A DNA stretch of 64,000 nt from Candidatus Woesearchaeota archaeon (GCA_016932315.1 JAFGDD010000004.1:125466-189465); one strand, 5' to 3'; counted from the stretch's first letter, positions 8,098 through 18,721 are shown. Numbers and translations: made by a program. The notes: generated from the sequence alone by a model not told the origin.

Positions 8098-9636
8098 TTA
8101 TCTCATCCATTTCTTCATGTTTCTTAACTGCTCCAAATCATTCTTGTAGCAATCCCGCAAATCAGTAATCTGGTAATAAGCAGTAATCACTCTTTCAAGC
8201 CCTAAGCCCCAAGCTAACACAGGAACTTCTATGCCGAGGAGGGGCTTGACTACTTCTGGCCTAAATATTCCACTACCGCCAAGCTCAACCCATTCCTTTT
8301 TTATCGGGTGAAACCCTATTACTTCTGCGCTCGGCTCAGTATATGGGAAGTGTGATGGCCTTATCCTGACTTTTTCATATCCCATCTTTTTGTAAAACTC
8401 TCTTAAGTAGCCTTTTAGGTGGGTCATATTGGCTTCAGGGTCAACCACAATGCCTTCTACTTGGTGTAACTCAAACAAATGCTTCCAATCAAGAGTTTCA
8501 TTCCTGAAGACTTTGCCGACGCTAAAGAATTTTGCAGGCAAATCAGTTTTTTTAAGAGTCGCAATTGTTCTTGCGCTGAGCACAGTGGTGTGAGTTCTGA
8601 GCAGGTTATCTGATGCTTTCTCGTCTGAGAACTTGTATTGCCAACCCTTGCTTCCTGTGGTCCAGCCGTTCTCGTGCGTAGCCTTGACTCTGTTGAAAAG
8701 TTCCTTGTCAATTATTCTTCCTTTTCCAGGCTTTGACAAGAAAAATGTGTCCTGCATCTCTCTGGCAGGATGATCCTGTGGCACGAATAATGCGTCCAAG
8801 TCCCAGAAGGCAGTCTGCACAATCCCCCCTTTCATCTCCTTAAAACCCATCTCAAGCCAGATTTTTTTAATATAGTTTATTGCTTCGTTTACAAAATGCT
8901 TTTTTCCAAAACCAAGCCTAGGAACCTTGGCCTGAATATCATAGCCCCTAAATTCCTTGTTCTTCCAAGCACCAGTCTTAAGCATACCAGAAGTCAGCTT
9001 CTCTGCTACTTTTTCTGAGCTTATGTTGCTGGCTACAAGCTTCTTGCCAATATCTGTGAGAATAACAGTCCATTCTTTTTTGAGAACAGTCCTTATTATA
9101 TCCTTGCGCTTTTTCAGGTTTTCAAAGGCAAACTTTTCCTCTGCTTTAAGTTCTGGAATGCTAACCTCTACTTTTGCAATATGCTTGAGAAGATGCTCTT
9201 CAAGGCTTTCCTTTTCCAGCAGGTTTTTGCCATGGTCGCTTATGCTCACTATCCGTTCGCTGTTGATATGAATAGCAGCTTTTGCTTTGAGAAGACCAAG
9301 GCAGGCGCTTATCTCCTGTTTTGTAAGACCGGCTGTTTTTTCTATCTCATCAAGGTGCTTTGCCTTGCTCTTGATGCTTTCAAGGAACGCTTTCTCTGGC
9401 AAACCCTTTTCCAGAGCCAATCTGCCGTTCTCGCCCAGAACTATGACTTCCTTCACGTCTTCGCTGATTTTAAGAACATTCTTAGCCTGCAGCCACTGCA
9501 AGGTCCGCATCACCTCAACTTCCTTGAGCTCACTCTTCCTGACAAGCTCAGAAAAGATATTCGTGCCTCTAAGCACAGGAATTATTCTCCTCTCAAGAGG
9601 ATGCAGCTTGCTTATCAATTCTTTAATGTCTTCCAC
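8098..9636 (-). CDS. pheS: Phenylalanyl-tRNA synthetase alpha subunit (archaeal long form with N-terminal winged helices)
   Basis: Class II motifs (FRNETLDWKHLFELHQVEGIVV, LAWGLGLERV) and archaeal N-terminal DNA-binding-fold repeats. 512 aa. Confidence 0.9.
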   Translation of the reverse strand: MEDIKELISKLHPLERRIIPVLRGTNIFSELVRKSELKEVEVMRTLQWLQAKNVLKISEDVKEVIVLGENGRLALEKGLPEKAFLESIKSKAKHLDEIEKTAGLTKQEISACLGLLKAKAAIHINSERIVSISDHGKNLLEKESLEEHLLKHIAKVEVSIPELKAEEKFAFENLKKRKDIIRTVLKKEWTVILTDIGKKLVASNISSEKVAEKLTSGMLKTGAWKNKEFRGYDIQAKVPRLGFGKKHFVNEAINYIKKIWLEMGFKEMKGGIVQTAFWDLDALFVPQDHPAREMQDTFFLSKPGKGRIIDKELFNRVKATHENGWTTGSKGWQYKFSDEKASDNLLRTHTTVLSARTIATLKKTDLPAKFFSVGKVFRNETLDWKHLFELHQVEGIVVDPEANMTHLKGYLREFYKKMGYEKVRIRPSHFPYTEPSAEVIGFHPIKKEWVELGGSGIFRPEVVKPLLGIEVPVLAWGLGLERVITAYYQITDLRDCYKNDLEQLRNMKKWMR

Positions 9637-9793
9637 TATTCTAACCCTTTTACTCTTATGTTCTCTTCTATTATTTAAGCAAAATATATAAAAGTATTGT
9701 TTAAGAGTAATAAAATAAGAAAAAACATATGAAAACAGAATAAATAAGAAAAACAGAAAATAAAAAATTTAAATAATTTTGATTAGACCTTAT

Positions 9794-10606
9794 TTAAGCC
9801 TTGATTTTCTTCTTCATATCCTTCCATGCGACCTCGAACAAGTCTTCGAGTGCTTTGGCAAAGAATGGAGTGTTAATCCAGATGCCAATGTCGTATGTTG
9901 GGTGGACTTCTGCATCGTCCATTACCATGAAGATAAGCTCTTTGCCGTCTACTATGACAAACCTGGCTTTGCAGTCAGTATGCCTTATGTCTGCAACGCT
10001 TGCCATGTCCTTGGCAACTTTCTCAGCTTCTTTTGTGTTGAGTGGAGCAGCGATTCTTATTTTCACTCCTCTCTTCTTTACTTGCTCAAACACAGGCATT
10101 AATCCCTCAATTTTCCTAAGGAGCCCTGCTGATGTTGTCATGATAGTTACTGTTTTCTCAGCATTTCTTATGGTTAATTCAAGGTGGTTGTACAGGTTGT
10201 GTCTGCCCTTTAATGAGCCTGACAAGTCAGATGGCTCAACCAGCTCAACGCCTTGTGTGTGCAAGGAATTAAGTTCCTGAATAACGTCTGTTTTCTTTAA
10301 CTCTTCCAGTCGCTTGACTCTCTCGTCAGCGTCCTGCTTCATGTTCTTCTTTACTCGCTCAACCACTTCTGATGGCTGCACAGCGATGTATTTTATTGGT
10401 TTGCCTAGCTTCATAACTACAAAGCCTTTCTTTTCTAGGCTTTCCAGAATATCGTAGCTTCTGCTTCTTGGCACATTGGCTATATCACTCAACTCACCCG
10501 CGGTACTGACCCCCCTTGATAGAAGGGCAGTCCATATCTTTACTTCGTAAAGGTTGAGTCCAAAGTATCTTCTTAACTTTGTCAGAAACTCTTCTTTAAC
10601 GATCAT
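9794..10606 (-). CDS. TrmB-family transcriptional regulator
   Basis: N-terminal wHTH (YEVKIWTALLSRGVSTAGELSDIANVPRSRSYDILESLEKKGFV) plus a TrmB C-terminal sensor-like domain. Confidence 0.75.
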   Translation of the reverse strand: MIVKEEFLTKLRRYFGLNLYEVKIWTALLSRGVSTAGELSDIANVPRSRSYDILESLEKKGFVVMKLGKPIKYIAVQPSEVVERVKKNMKQDADERVKRLEELKKTDVIQELNSLHTQGVELVEPSDLSGSLKGRHNLYNHLELTIRNAEKTVTIMTTSAGLLRKIEGLMPVFEQVKKRGVKIRIAAPLNTKEAEKVAKDMASVADIRHTDCKARFVIVDGKELIFMVMDDAEVHPTYDIGIWINTPFFAKALEDLFEVAWKDMKKKIKA

Positions 10607-10755
10607 ATTTCTACCTCCAAAAAGTAGGACTGATCACCCCTTTTTGATATCGAAAACGCATAACTACTATTTATATGTTACTGTTTTTTACGCTTAAAGA
10701 ATGGTTTCAAAAATACAGCCACTGACGAGATATAAAAATGTATGAGTTCGCGTAA

Positions 10756-11634
10756 TTATAAGGAGAGAATGTAGAAAATTTCACCGGGAATCTCAAAGCC
10801 CTGGATTTTGTAACTTAAAACATTTGCCAACCTTTCAAACCAAGCCCTTTTTTCTTTTTTTATGGTTTTTTTGCCACCAATGCTTTTACTAGAAAATGAA
10901 ACGATAATGAATTTTGCTTTGATGCTCTTGATGAGCTTTTCGCTCATGCCCCATCCTACAGCTTCCAATGAATCAAGTGTTTTGAAAAGAAAGACAGCAT
11001 CTGCATTATGTGTGATTTTATTTATTTCATTGCTATCAGCTTTGGTCAGGTCTATTTTTTTTACAAAGCCTTTTATTTTCATTATCTCAAAATACTTTTT
11101 TATGAAATCAAGGTCTTTCTCTGCCAGGTCGCAGGCAACATACTCTGGCTTGCAGCCAGCAGAAGCCACATAAGGATAGCTAAAGGGATTCAAGCCGCAG
11201 GCAAAATCCACGATCTTCTTTGGCAGCCCTGTAATCTTAAATATCTTTTTGTAAATCACAGAATAATATTGCAGTCTTTCCTGGCTGGACTTATGCAGCA
11301 TCAAGATTTTATTATGAATTTCCAGATTTTCAAGCGAAGGATTTTTTTTCAGTTCATCGAGAAGCCCAAACCTTTTGTTATAATCTTCTTGTATGAAAAC
11401 TCCGTACACTTCGCGGAGCTCTGAGCGTATCTTCCTTATCATTTCGTCATGCTCTTTTGAGCGCTGGAATTCAGGATACTTCACGCGCTCTAATTTTTCT
11501 TTTGCTTTCGGATATCTTTTCAGATAATCCTGAACTTTTAATCTGACAAAATCCTCGTCCAGATTTTTCAGCTCTTTTTTGGCAAGAACGTCCTTCACAA
11601 CAAGAATTATTAAACTTGAACCTGAGTTTTTCAT
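10756..11634 (-). CDS. FmrO/ArmA-Rmt-family 16S rRNA methyltransferase homolog (m7G1405-type fold)
   Basis: Local matches to ArmA-family motifs: IVDFACGLNPFSY (ArmA ILDFGCGFNPLAL), ADAVFLFKTLDSLEA (YDVVFLLKMLPVLKQ), FIIVSFSSKSIGGKKTI (FVISFPIKSLSGKEKGM), WFERL (WFESF). Confidence 0.6.
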   Translation of the reverse strand: MKNSGSSLIILVVKDVLAKKELKNLDEDFVRLKVQDYLKRYPKAKEKLERVKYPEFQRSKEHDEMIRKIRSELREVYGVFIQEDYNKRFGLLDELKKNPSLENLEIHNKILMLHKSSQERLQYYSVIYKKIFKITGLPKKIVDFACGLNPFSYPYVASAGCKPEYVACDLAEKDLDFIKKYFEIMKIKGFVKKIDLTKADSNEINKITHNADAVFLFKTLDSLEAVGWGMSEKLIKSIKAKFIIVSFSSKSIGGKKTIKKEKRAWFERLANVLSYKIQGFEIPGEIFYILSL

Positions 11635-11659
11635 GGGTAAGACCTAATTTTTTCAAAAC

Positions 11660-12715
11660 CTAGTTTTCCATCTTCCATCTTAGAATCCCTGCAATGCCGC
11701 CCAAGCCTTTAAGCTTTTGGTCAGCTTCATCTGTGCTGATGATATTTATGTGTGCGCCGGTCTTTTCACCGAGCCTCATAACACTTTCGACTTCCCTGCT
11801 TTTTCCTGCCTGCCTTGCATCATTGATGAAGCTGTAGCTGACAATCATTTCCTTGATTGCGCCGATATCCGCCTTTTCCCTACATTCCTTAAGCCCGTAG
11901 CAAGCCATGCTATCATGTATTGACTTCAATACTTCCTCAACCATGCCAAGCTCCTTTGCTGCCCTGTCATTCTCAAGCACTTTTAGAAGCTCAGGTCTCT
12001 GGAGCACCTCATTGATGGCATTCTCTTCAACATCAGAACAGGTTGCAAGAGTTATCTTCTTTTTCACATCATCATCAATTTCTTTCATCAGGTATTCCTT
12101 CCAGAAGCTCGGGCTGGCTACTATAATATTCTGAGGCTCAAGCCTTGTTGAATATTCTTTTAGCTTTTCCGCCAGCTCCTTATAAAAATCCTTTCCGCCT
12201 TCATCAACGCCTTTCTTTGCAACCTCGCCCTTGAGCTTTGCTAGTATCTCATAGCCTTGGTTCTTGAGCATTGCAAAAATAGCAGATTCCCTGTCAAAGA
12301 TGAGCAGGATGATTCGCGTCTTGATATTCTCTGCAGCCTCTCTTAGCTTGTCCAACTGATAATTAGGCCATTCCTGCTTCACAATTGTTATGACGTCGCC
12401 AGGCGACACATCAAATGTGTGATGGCTTCCCTTTGCCACATCCTCTGTTTCCAGGGTACTTATCCCGCTTATGCGCAAGGCGTCAGAGTGTGGATCAAAC
12501 TCTTTCTTCTCTGCTTTTATCTCCAGAAAAATCGTTTTTTTTACAGCAGTCTGCTTTCCATCGCTGCCGCCTGTGCTGAGTTTTATCTTCCTCTCAGTCC
12601 TACCTTTAATCAAGTCACCCTCTTCTACGACCTGGTTAAGGAACCACAAGTCTTCCTGGCTGTTGACCTTAACAACAACTTCTCCTTGCTTCAAGTTTTT
12701 CTTGATGATTTGCAT
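11660..12715 (-). CDS. pelA: Pelota (Dom34) mRNA-surveillance/ribosome-rescue factor
   Basis: eRF1-like three-domain architecture and the C-terminal GGIAGILRW motif. 351 aa. Confidence 0.85.
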   Translation of the reverse strand: MQIIKKNLKQGEVVVKVNSQEDLWFLNQVVEEGDLIKGRTERKIKLSTGGSDGKQTAVKKTIFLEIKAEKKEFDPHSDALRISGISTLETEDVAKGSHHTFDVSPGDVITIVKQEWPNYQLDKLREAAENIKTRIILLIFDRESAIFAMLKNQGYEILAKLKGEVAKKGVDEGGKDFYKELAEKLKEYSTRLEPQNIIVASPSFWKEYLMKEIDDDVKKKITLATCSDVEENAINEVLQRPELLKVLENDRAAKELGMVEEVLKSIHDSMACYGLKECREKADIGAIKEMIVSYSFINDARQAGKSREVESVMRLGEKTGAHINIISTDEADQKLKGLGGIAGILRWKMEN

Positions 12716-12819
12716 ATTGAATGGTTTTATTTGTTGGTATATAATATTTTTCGTTTTTTCCTCTTTAATCGTGCCTCTAAACCAATAAATTTATATATCT
12801 CGATTATTAAGAAAGCGAT

Positions 12820-14007
12820 ATGCGTAGATTGAAATCTAAACTTGCACAATCAGCCACCCAAGCAGGAGTAGTCATCATCTTGATTGCTGTGCTTATAATA
12901 TTCTACCTATTGTTCATGGCTCCTGAAGACAGAGCCAAGCTCTTAGGAGAGGACATAAGCAATGGGAATGGAGGCGTGCCTTCGGGAGTCAAGAGCACAT
13001 TGTTCTCTCAGGTACCCGGAAGGATTTATCCATTAACCTCCAACCTCATAGAGCACACCATGCCTTCATTCATGGTTTTCACTGTGACTAATGCTGGTGA
13101 GCTTAAAAGAGTTGATTCATTATATATCAAGAACTCTGCTTTCAGCGACAGTGCAGGAGAAGTCATCTTCTTCTATGACGCTAAGACCACTAATGACGTA
13201 AAGCTATCATTTAATATAAAAAAGCACTCAGGGAGGCTTATCATCAAGCTTAACAATAACCAATTGTTTGATGGCGAAATAACAGAAACAAGCCCGCCAC
13301 CCATAAGCCTGCCCTCAGAATACCTACAATCCAGGAATGTTCTCACTTTCACAGCATCAGAGGTTGGCGCAGCATTCTGGCGCGTTAACGAGTATGAGCT
13401 TGAAAATGTTTTGGTCTCTGCCAAGATTACAGACTATTCCGGGGCTTTCGCAGAGCAGCACTTTTCAATAACGCCTAATGAATATGATTATTTTGATAAG
13501 GCAGTGTTTGACTTCCTGCCTGACTGCCCACCACGAGACGAAGGGCTGGTACAAATCCTCATTAATAATAGGGCAATATACACCAGCTATCCTGATTGCG
13601 GCGTTAAGAGCAGGATCGAGATAAGCAAGGAGCTTCTAAAACCAGGGGACAATACCCTTGTAGCCACAACCAACAGCGGAGCATTCCTGATTGACATGCC
13701 AAAAATAATAATAATCCAGAAGGAAATGCCTCAACCAATATTCTACTTCAATGTGCCAAATACGCTCTATGATGCATTGTATTACGGGCAAAGAGGCTTG
13801 GTATTGACTTTAAGGTTTGCAGATGCAGGCAGCGTAAAGAGAGGCACTCTTGAGGTAAATGATTTCAAGACATTTTTTGAAATCCAAGACATAGCTTACC
13901 AGACTCCAATTGATCCTGAGTTCATAGTCGCAGGCCCGAACTCAGTAAAGATAACCCCTCAATCAGACCCAATAGATATGACTGAATTAAGGATGGACGT
14001 TATTTGA
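12820..14007 (+). CDS. Hypothetical membrane-anchored extracellular protein (N-terminal signal anchor); first gene of a plus-strand surface-protein cluster
   Basis: N-terminal TM (AGVVIILIAVLIIFYLLFM) then a ~360-aa soluble domain with no recognisable catalytic motif. TATA-like tttatatat lies ~30 nt upstream. Confidence 0.5.
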   Translation: MRRLKSKLAQSATQAGVVIILIAVLIIFYLLFMAPEDRAKLLGEDISNGNGGVPSGVKSTLFSQVPGRIYPLTSNLIEHTMPSFMVFTVTNAGELKRVDSLYIKNSAFSDSAGEVIFFYDAKTTNDVKLSFNIKKHSGRLIIKLNNNQLFDGEITETSPPPISLPSEYLQSRNVLTFTASEVGAAFWRVNEYELENVLVSAKITDYSGAFAEQHFSITPNEYDYFDKAVFDFLPDCPPRDEGLVQILINNRAIYTSYPDCGVKSRIEISKELLKPGDNTLVATTNSGAFLIDMPKIIIIQKEMPQPIFYFNVPNTLYDALYYGQRGLVLTLRFADAGSVKRGTLEVNDFKTFFEIQDIAYQTPIDPEFIVAGPNSVKITPQSDPIDMTELRMDVI

Positions 14008-14046
14008 ACATATTTATACATATTTTAATTTTACATTTTTATGGTT

Positions 14047-14063
14047 CTCTTTTTCGAAAAGAG
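14047..14063. terminator. Perfect palindrome ctctttttcgaaaagag about 40 nt after the stop of the 12820 gene
   Basis: Inverted repeat seen directly. It may attenuate or terminate between cluster genes. Confidence 0.25.
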
Positions 14064-14178
14064 GTGAGGATTAAAAATTTAAGGAATTAGAATAATTAAA
14101 ATAATTATAATGTTGAGATATTGAGACCATCATATGTCATGTTAATTATTAAAGAAAAAATAAAAACACAAAATCAAA

Positions 14179-15729
14179 GTGATGCTCATGGCTTCTTCAG
14201 GCGGAGGATTAATGACAGGATTGGCTACTAAGACTAAAGATGTTATGACCAAGCACGTGCACGGAGATGCCCCTCATAACCTTCGGTTCCTTTTCATGCT
14301 GGCAATTCTCATCCAGCTAGTCGACGTCTTCTTTTTGAGGTTTGACAGGACTGTTTTTAGGATGACAGCCATAGGGATGTATTTTGTGCTTGTTGTGCTG
14401 GCTGCTTTTTTCTTCAGAAAAGAAGGGTACTTTGTTAATGTGAAACAAATACTGATATTCGCTCTTATATCTACTTTTTATATTCTTGTCCCTTTTTTCC
14501 TTTACCGAATTCCGACAGTACAGCTTTTCGGTGCGACAACACTCGCTGGTTGGGTTAATTTCCTCCTCGCCATACTCCCTCTCTGGCCTATTTATATCGG
14601 TATAAAGGCAGATATTCCCTTTGTTCACAAATACGTAAACTTTTGGATACTTTTCTTGTTATTCCTCTTTATTTTTGGAGTTGGAATGAATTTCCGAGCA
14701 GGAATGTTATCCTCGATTGGCGGTAGGCCTCAGCTGCTCCAGGCCGGTGAAGTCATGACTTATATTTATGAGAAAACAATTGATGTAGCCAAGAATTTCT
14801 GGAAAGCAGTTAACCCTGCCGTGATCGTACCTAAATTTATGAATGCCACAGGCATTGCTTATTATACTGGCATGGTGGATAATAATGAGAAAGCGCCAGT
14901 AGGTCTTTACCTTGACAATGTTCGTACCATTGAGAAATATTTTTATGAAGGCTCACCAGTAGTGGTGTGGGCTGATGTGAGAGGCAAAAGCTTTAACGAA
15001 GAAATAATCATGACGCCAGGATGTTATATTGAGAACGGCGGCAGCGGAACACCAGATCCCAGGAGATTCTCTATTTTTGGGGAAGAGCAGGACACTCTTT
15101 CTTGCACTTTTGAAGGATTAACCAAAGGTTCTTATCTGGCTAAGATGCAAGCAGCATTTAATTTTGAGACATGGGCTTATGTTGATTACACATTTGTTGA
15201 CATTGAAACTAGGCGCGCGTATGAGATGCAGGGAAAGAACATTAACATGGAGCTTAATATTGACAAGCTGCCAAGAGCGATTTTTTCAAATGGCCCAATC
15301 ATGCTAGGAATGGCGTCAATGATTGACCAGCCAATTGGCATCGATATAAAATACAATACTAGAGAGCCAATCCTTGGTGTGACTGTTGATAACTTGTGGA
15401 GCGAAGGAGAAGCTTTCCCTACACAATATGTTATTCTTGTGCCTGATGATTTTGACCTTGTGAAATGCGATCGAGGCACTCCAACCATAGAGCACGGCAA
15501 GATTCCTGGCTATGAAAGAGAAGTGCCTGGCTATGATGCTTACATATTCAGCAAGGAGACTCTTGACCCAAGGCAAGGCTTCCAGTCATTGACTTGCAGG
15601 TTGCACATCAAGGATGACAAGCTCAGCACATTCCTGACAGGCTCACAGAAAATAACTAAGACATTCGTTGCATTAGCCAAGTATGATTATGTTTTGAAAA
15701 AAAATGTGAGGTTTACAGTTAAAGAGTAA
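14179..15729 (+). CDS. Hypothetical polytopic membrane protein (about 6 N-terminal TM helices) with a large C-terminal extracellular domain
   Basis: Hydrophobic segments in the first ~200 aa, then a ~320-aa soluble domain containing Cys residues. It sits within the surface-protein cluster. Confidence 0.5.
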   Translation: MMLMASSGGGLMTGLATKTKDVMTKHVHGDAPHNLRFLFMLAILIQLVDVFFLRFDRTVFRMTAIGMYFVLVVLAAFFFRKEGYFVNVKQILIFALISTFYILVPFFLYRIPTVQLFGATTLAGWVNFLLAILPLWPIYIGIKADIPFVHKYVNFWILFLLFLFIFGVGMNFRAGMLSSIGGRPQLLQAGEVMTYIYEKTIDVAKNFWKAVNPAVIVPKFMNATGIAYYTGMVDNNEKAPVGLYLDNVRTIEKYFYEGSPVVVWADVRGKSFNEEIIMTPGCYIENGGSGTPDPRRFSIFGEEQDTLSCTFEGLTKGSYLAKMQAAFNFETWAYVDYTFVDIETRRAYEMQGKNINMELNIDKLPRAIFSNGPIMLGMASMIDQPIGIDIKYNTREPILGVTVDNLWSEGEAFPTQYVILVPDDFDLVKCDRGTPTIEHGKIPGYEREVPGYDAYIFSKETLDPRQGFQSLTCRLHIKDDKLSTFLTGSQKITKTFVALAKYDYVLKKNVRFTVKE

Positions 15730-15746
15730 GAGAGTAAGCAAAAGAA

Positions 15747-17318
15747 ATGATAAGAGTAAAAAAGCGATCAAAAATGAGTCATTTTAGAATAAAAATTAAT
15801 GAGAACAAGAGCAGGCTTAAAAAATTCTCTCAGTTCATAACACTACTCGCGCTTTCTTCGTTAATATTTTCTTTGATTTTCTTATTATCAGCCTGCGGGG
15901 GATACAATCCCCAGCCAAAAGAAGTAAACTACTTCCAAGGCATTAAAGGGTTAGAGATGAATTTCTGGGATAATTCGCCGCCAGAAGAAATATATGAGGA
16001 ATCAACTTTCACAACCAGCCTGCTTATTGAGAACAGAGGAGCTTTTGACGTGCTAGAAGATAGGCATGGTGTTCTTTCAATAGGTTTTGACCCGTTTTAT
16101 ATTGACTCATCAGGGATACAAGGCTCTGATAGGATTGTTGTAAGCAGCAACAGCTTAATTGTTAAAGGCATTCAATTGCCTGGCAAATCTCAGTATTACC
16201 CTACAGGCATGCAAACCTTCCTCAGCATTCCTGGCTTCAAGATAAGGAAGATAATAGGTCAGAGGGAAAAGCCTACTACTCAATTATCTGCTTCATTATG
16301 TTATCCTTACACAACCACGTTTTCAGGTCTAGTGTGTGTTGACTTATCTACTGCAGGCGAAAACCTTAGGAAGCAAATTTGTTACCAGCAAGACTTATCA
16401 CTGTCTGATCAAGGCGCCCCAGTAGCTGTCTCCAGTATAGAGGTTGAGAACCAGCCAGTAGGTCAGAGCGTGGTAAGACCCGTATATGTCATTCACATCA
16501 AGAACAAAGGCTCAGGAACAGTACTAAGCCCCACTTATAATCCTGCAGAGCTAGAAAGGGTGTGTTCGTTCCAGGACCTTAACAGGCAGGATTTTAACAC
16601 TATACAAATTGAAGCTTATCTTTCAGATTCCAAGCAACTCATATGCAACCCAAATCCTGTGAGGCTTGTTGAAGGCGAAGGCTTTGCAAGGTGCCAAGTT
16701 GGTGAGGAAGATTTGGTATTGGGCCATCAAAACTATGAGGCACCACTATCAATAAAGCTTGACTATGTCTATATTACTTCTTTATCAAAAGAGTTGGGTA
16801 TCAAGCGAATAAATAGTTACGGGGGATCATCTGAGGCACCGCCAAAGTGCTTGCCTTATGAAGTAGAAGAAGGAGGCAGGTGCATTGTGAAGTGCGATTA
16901 TTGCTCTCAGAACAAGGGAGCAGGGGATTGCCAGCCTGCAAGTTCTACTACTCACATTAATTTTGAAGAAGGAGGATTTGCATGCCAATGCTCATCATGC
17001 ACAGACAGAACCGCGGGCAGTTGCGTTGCTTATTCCAATTATTGTCCAGGAGCAATTTATTGCTGCCAGCCAAAGTGCTCTGGTTCAGAAATCCTAGTTA
17101 ATGGCAAATGCTATTCAAAATGCTCGAAATGCTCAAGCTCAAGCTCTGCTTTATCAAAGGATTGTGCTTGCGGCTCCGGATCAAGCCCATCAGATTATGT
17201 TGTCGCGCTCAAAGGCAAGTTTTGCTGCCCAGACAAAAAAGAAGTGCGAGACACTGCTGTTGATTGCGTGAGTGTTTGTAGTGAGCAAACAGCTCCAAGT
17301 CAAAACCAGGAAGAATAA
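15747..17318 (+). CDS. Secreted lipoprotein paralog 1, with two V/I-x-N-x-G (CARDB-like) beta-sandwich motifs and a Cys-rich C-terminal region
   Basis: Signal peptide plus lipobox-like LLSAC. Motifs IENRGAFDV and IHIKNKGSGTV. The C-terminal ~150 aa has more than 25 Cys. QGAPVAVSSIEVEN is shared with the next gene. Confidence 0.55.
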   Translation: MIRVKKRSKMSHFRIKINENKSRLKKFSQFITLLALSSLIFSLIFLLSACGGYNPQPKEVNYFQGIKGLEMNFWDNSPPEEIYEESTFTTSLLIENRGAFDVLEDRHGVLSIGFDPFYIDSSGIQGSDRIVVSSNSLIVKGIQLPGKSQYYPTGMQTFLSIPGFKIRKIIGQREKPTTQLSASLCYPYTTTFSGLVCVDLSTAGENLRKQICYQQDLSLSDQGAPVAVSSIEVENQPVGQSVVRPVYVIHIKNKGSGTVLSPTYNPAELERVCSFQDLNRQDFNTIQIEAYLSDSKQLICNPNPVRLVEGEGFARCQVGEEDLVLGHQNYEAPLSIKLDYVYITSLSKELGIKRINSYGGSSEAPPKCLPYEVEEGGRCIVKCDYCSQNKGAGDCQPASSTTHINFEEGGFACQCSSCTDRTAGSCVAYSNYCPGAIYCCQPKCSGSEILVNGKCYSKCSKCSSSSSALSKDCACGSGSSPSDYVVALKGKFCCPDKKEVRDTAVDCVSVCSEQTAPSQNQEE

Positions 17319-17392
17319 TAATAAGGAAGATAATAAAACGATAATGAGGAAGGTCAGGAAAAGCTTTATATACTTTAAATAGCAAAGGTGGT

Positions 17393-18721
17393 TTGAAGAT
17401 GAAATTATTCGGTAAAAAAAGAGGGTTGGTGTTAGCAGCAATATTCCTGTTGATAATTAATCTATTCTTATTAACAAGCTGCACAAAATTTCCTGGGAGA
17501 ACTCCCACTAATAACCTCGGTAATTTTGAGGATAACAAGTACTACCAAGGATTTGATGGAATGCTGATGCGGTTCAGCGAGAACATGCCGCCTTATAGAA
17601 TGTATTATTACGGCGACCAGTATGATAATTCTTTTGATGTTAATGTTGAAGTGGCTAATGTTGGCTCTGCATGGTCAAGAGGGGGAATATTTCTTTCAGG
17701 CTACGACCCAACCATGATAGAGTTCCTAGGAATTAATCCTGCCAGGAGCTCAGGCCAGTCATGCATGATTGACATAGGCAATATTGGCTTTGGAGAGTTT
17801 GGCGGGACTATGCGCTGCGAAAACTTTTTTATTGGTGCAGGAGACCAAGGAACCTTTGAGATAGGCTTCCAGAACCTTTTCGGCTCTGGCGGAAGCTACT
17901 CAGATAGACTGGACCTGAACAGATTATTCGGTGGCATTGACTTATGGTACCAGCACTCTGCTGGCGGCCAAGACAGAATGAGCATTGGCTTTAATAATCC
18001 TGGCATTGATATTGAATATGCTAATCACGGCAGGCTTTTGATTGCGCTTTTTGAAGGCCTTGACTTCTCAAGAAACTTTGGCGTTGAATATCTGCTAGAA
18101 GGAGATAATCAGGATTATCCTGGCGGAGGATTGGCTTATATTAATTTTGATGGCAACATTGTAAGGTGGCCGCCAGGGCTTGACCAGACTTATCAAAGCT
18201 TCCTTATAACAAATTGCTTCTTGTACGCTACTTATGCAGCACCTGTTGTTTGTATTGACCCGACTCCTTTCTCTCAGAATCAAAAGGTTTGCGTTCCAAG
18301 ACAATTTACAGGCACCAAAGGCCAAGGAGCTCCTGTTGCTGTAACTTATGTTGAGCAGGAAAATACGCCCAGGCAGGCAATATTCACAATTCATGTGAAA
18401 AATGTGGGTGGCGGCCAGGTGTATGATCCTGGCAGGCTCGAGATGTGCAGCCCTTATTTCCCAGGCAGGGTCACTAGCGAGGACCTAAATATTGTTTACA
18501 TAGGGGATATTAGAGTCTCTGGTGACTTGCAGAGATTGCATTGCATGCCTAATGATTTTGTCAGGCTGGATCCTAAGACAGGAGAGGGCATTATTGTGTG
18601 CTCTTATGATATCCCTTTCTCAGGATTAAAATCAGCATATGAATCTCCTTTGGTTGTGGAATTGTGGTATGGTTATTCCAAGACAATGGAGAAAAAGGTT
18701 TATATTAAGAGAGCAATATAA
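17393..18721 (+). CDS. Secreted lipoprotein paralog 2, with two V/I-x-N-x-G motifs and a Gly-rich central region
   Basis: Signal peptide plus lipobox LLTSC. Motifs VEVANVGSAWS and IHVKNVGGGQV. QGAPVAVTYVEQEN parallels paralog 1. RBS aggtgg. Confidence 0.55.
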   Translation: MKMKLFGKKRGLVLAAIFLLIINLFLLTSCTKFPGRTPTNNLGNFEDNKYYQGFDGMLMRFSENMPPYRMYYYGDQYDNSFDVNVEVANVGSAWSRGGIFLSGYDPTMIEFLGINPARSSGQSCMIDIGNIGFGEFGGTMRCENFFIGAGDQGTFEIGFQNLFGSGGSYSDRLDLNRLFGGIDLWYQHSAGGQDRMSIGFNNPGIDIEYANHGRLLIALFEGLDFSRNFGVEYLLEGDNQDYPGGGLAYINFDGNIVRWPPGLDQTYQSFLITNCFLYATYAAPVVCIDPTPFSQNQKVCVPRQFTGTKGQGAPVAVTYVEQENTPRQAIFTIHVKNVGGGQVYDPGRLEMCSPYFPGRVTSEDLNIVYIGDIRVSGDLQRLHCMPNDFVRLDPKTGEGIIVCSYDIPFSGLKSAYESPLVVELWYGYSKTMEKKVYIKRAI

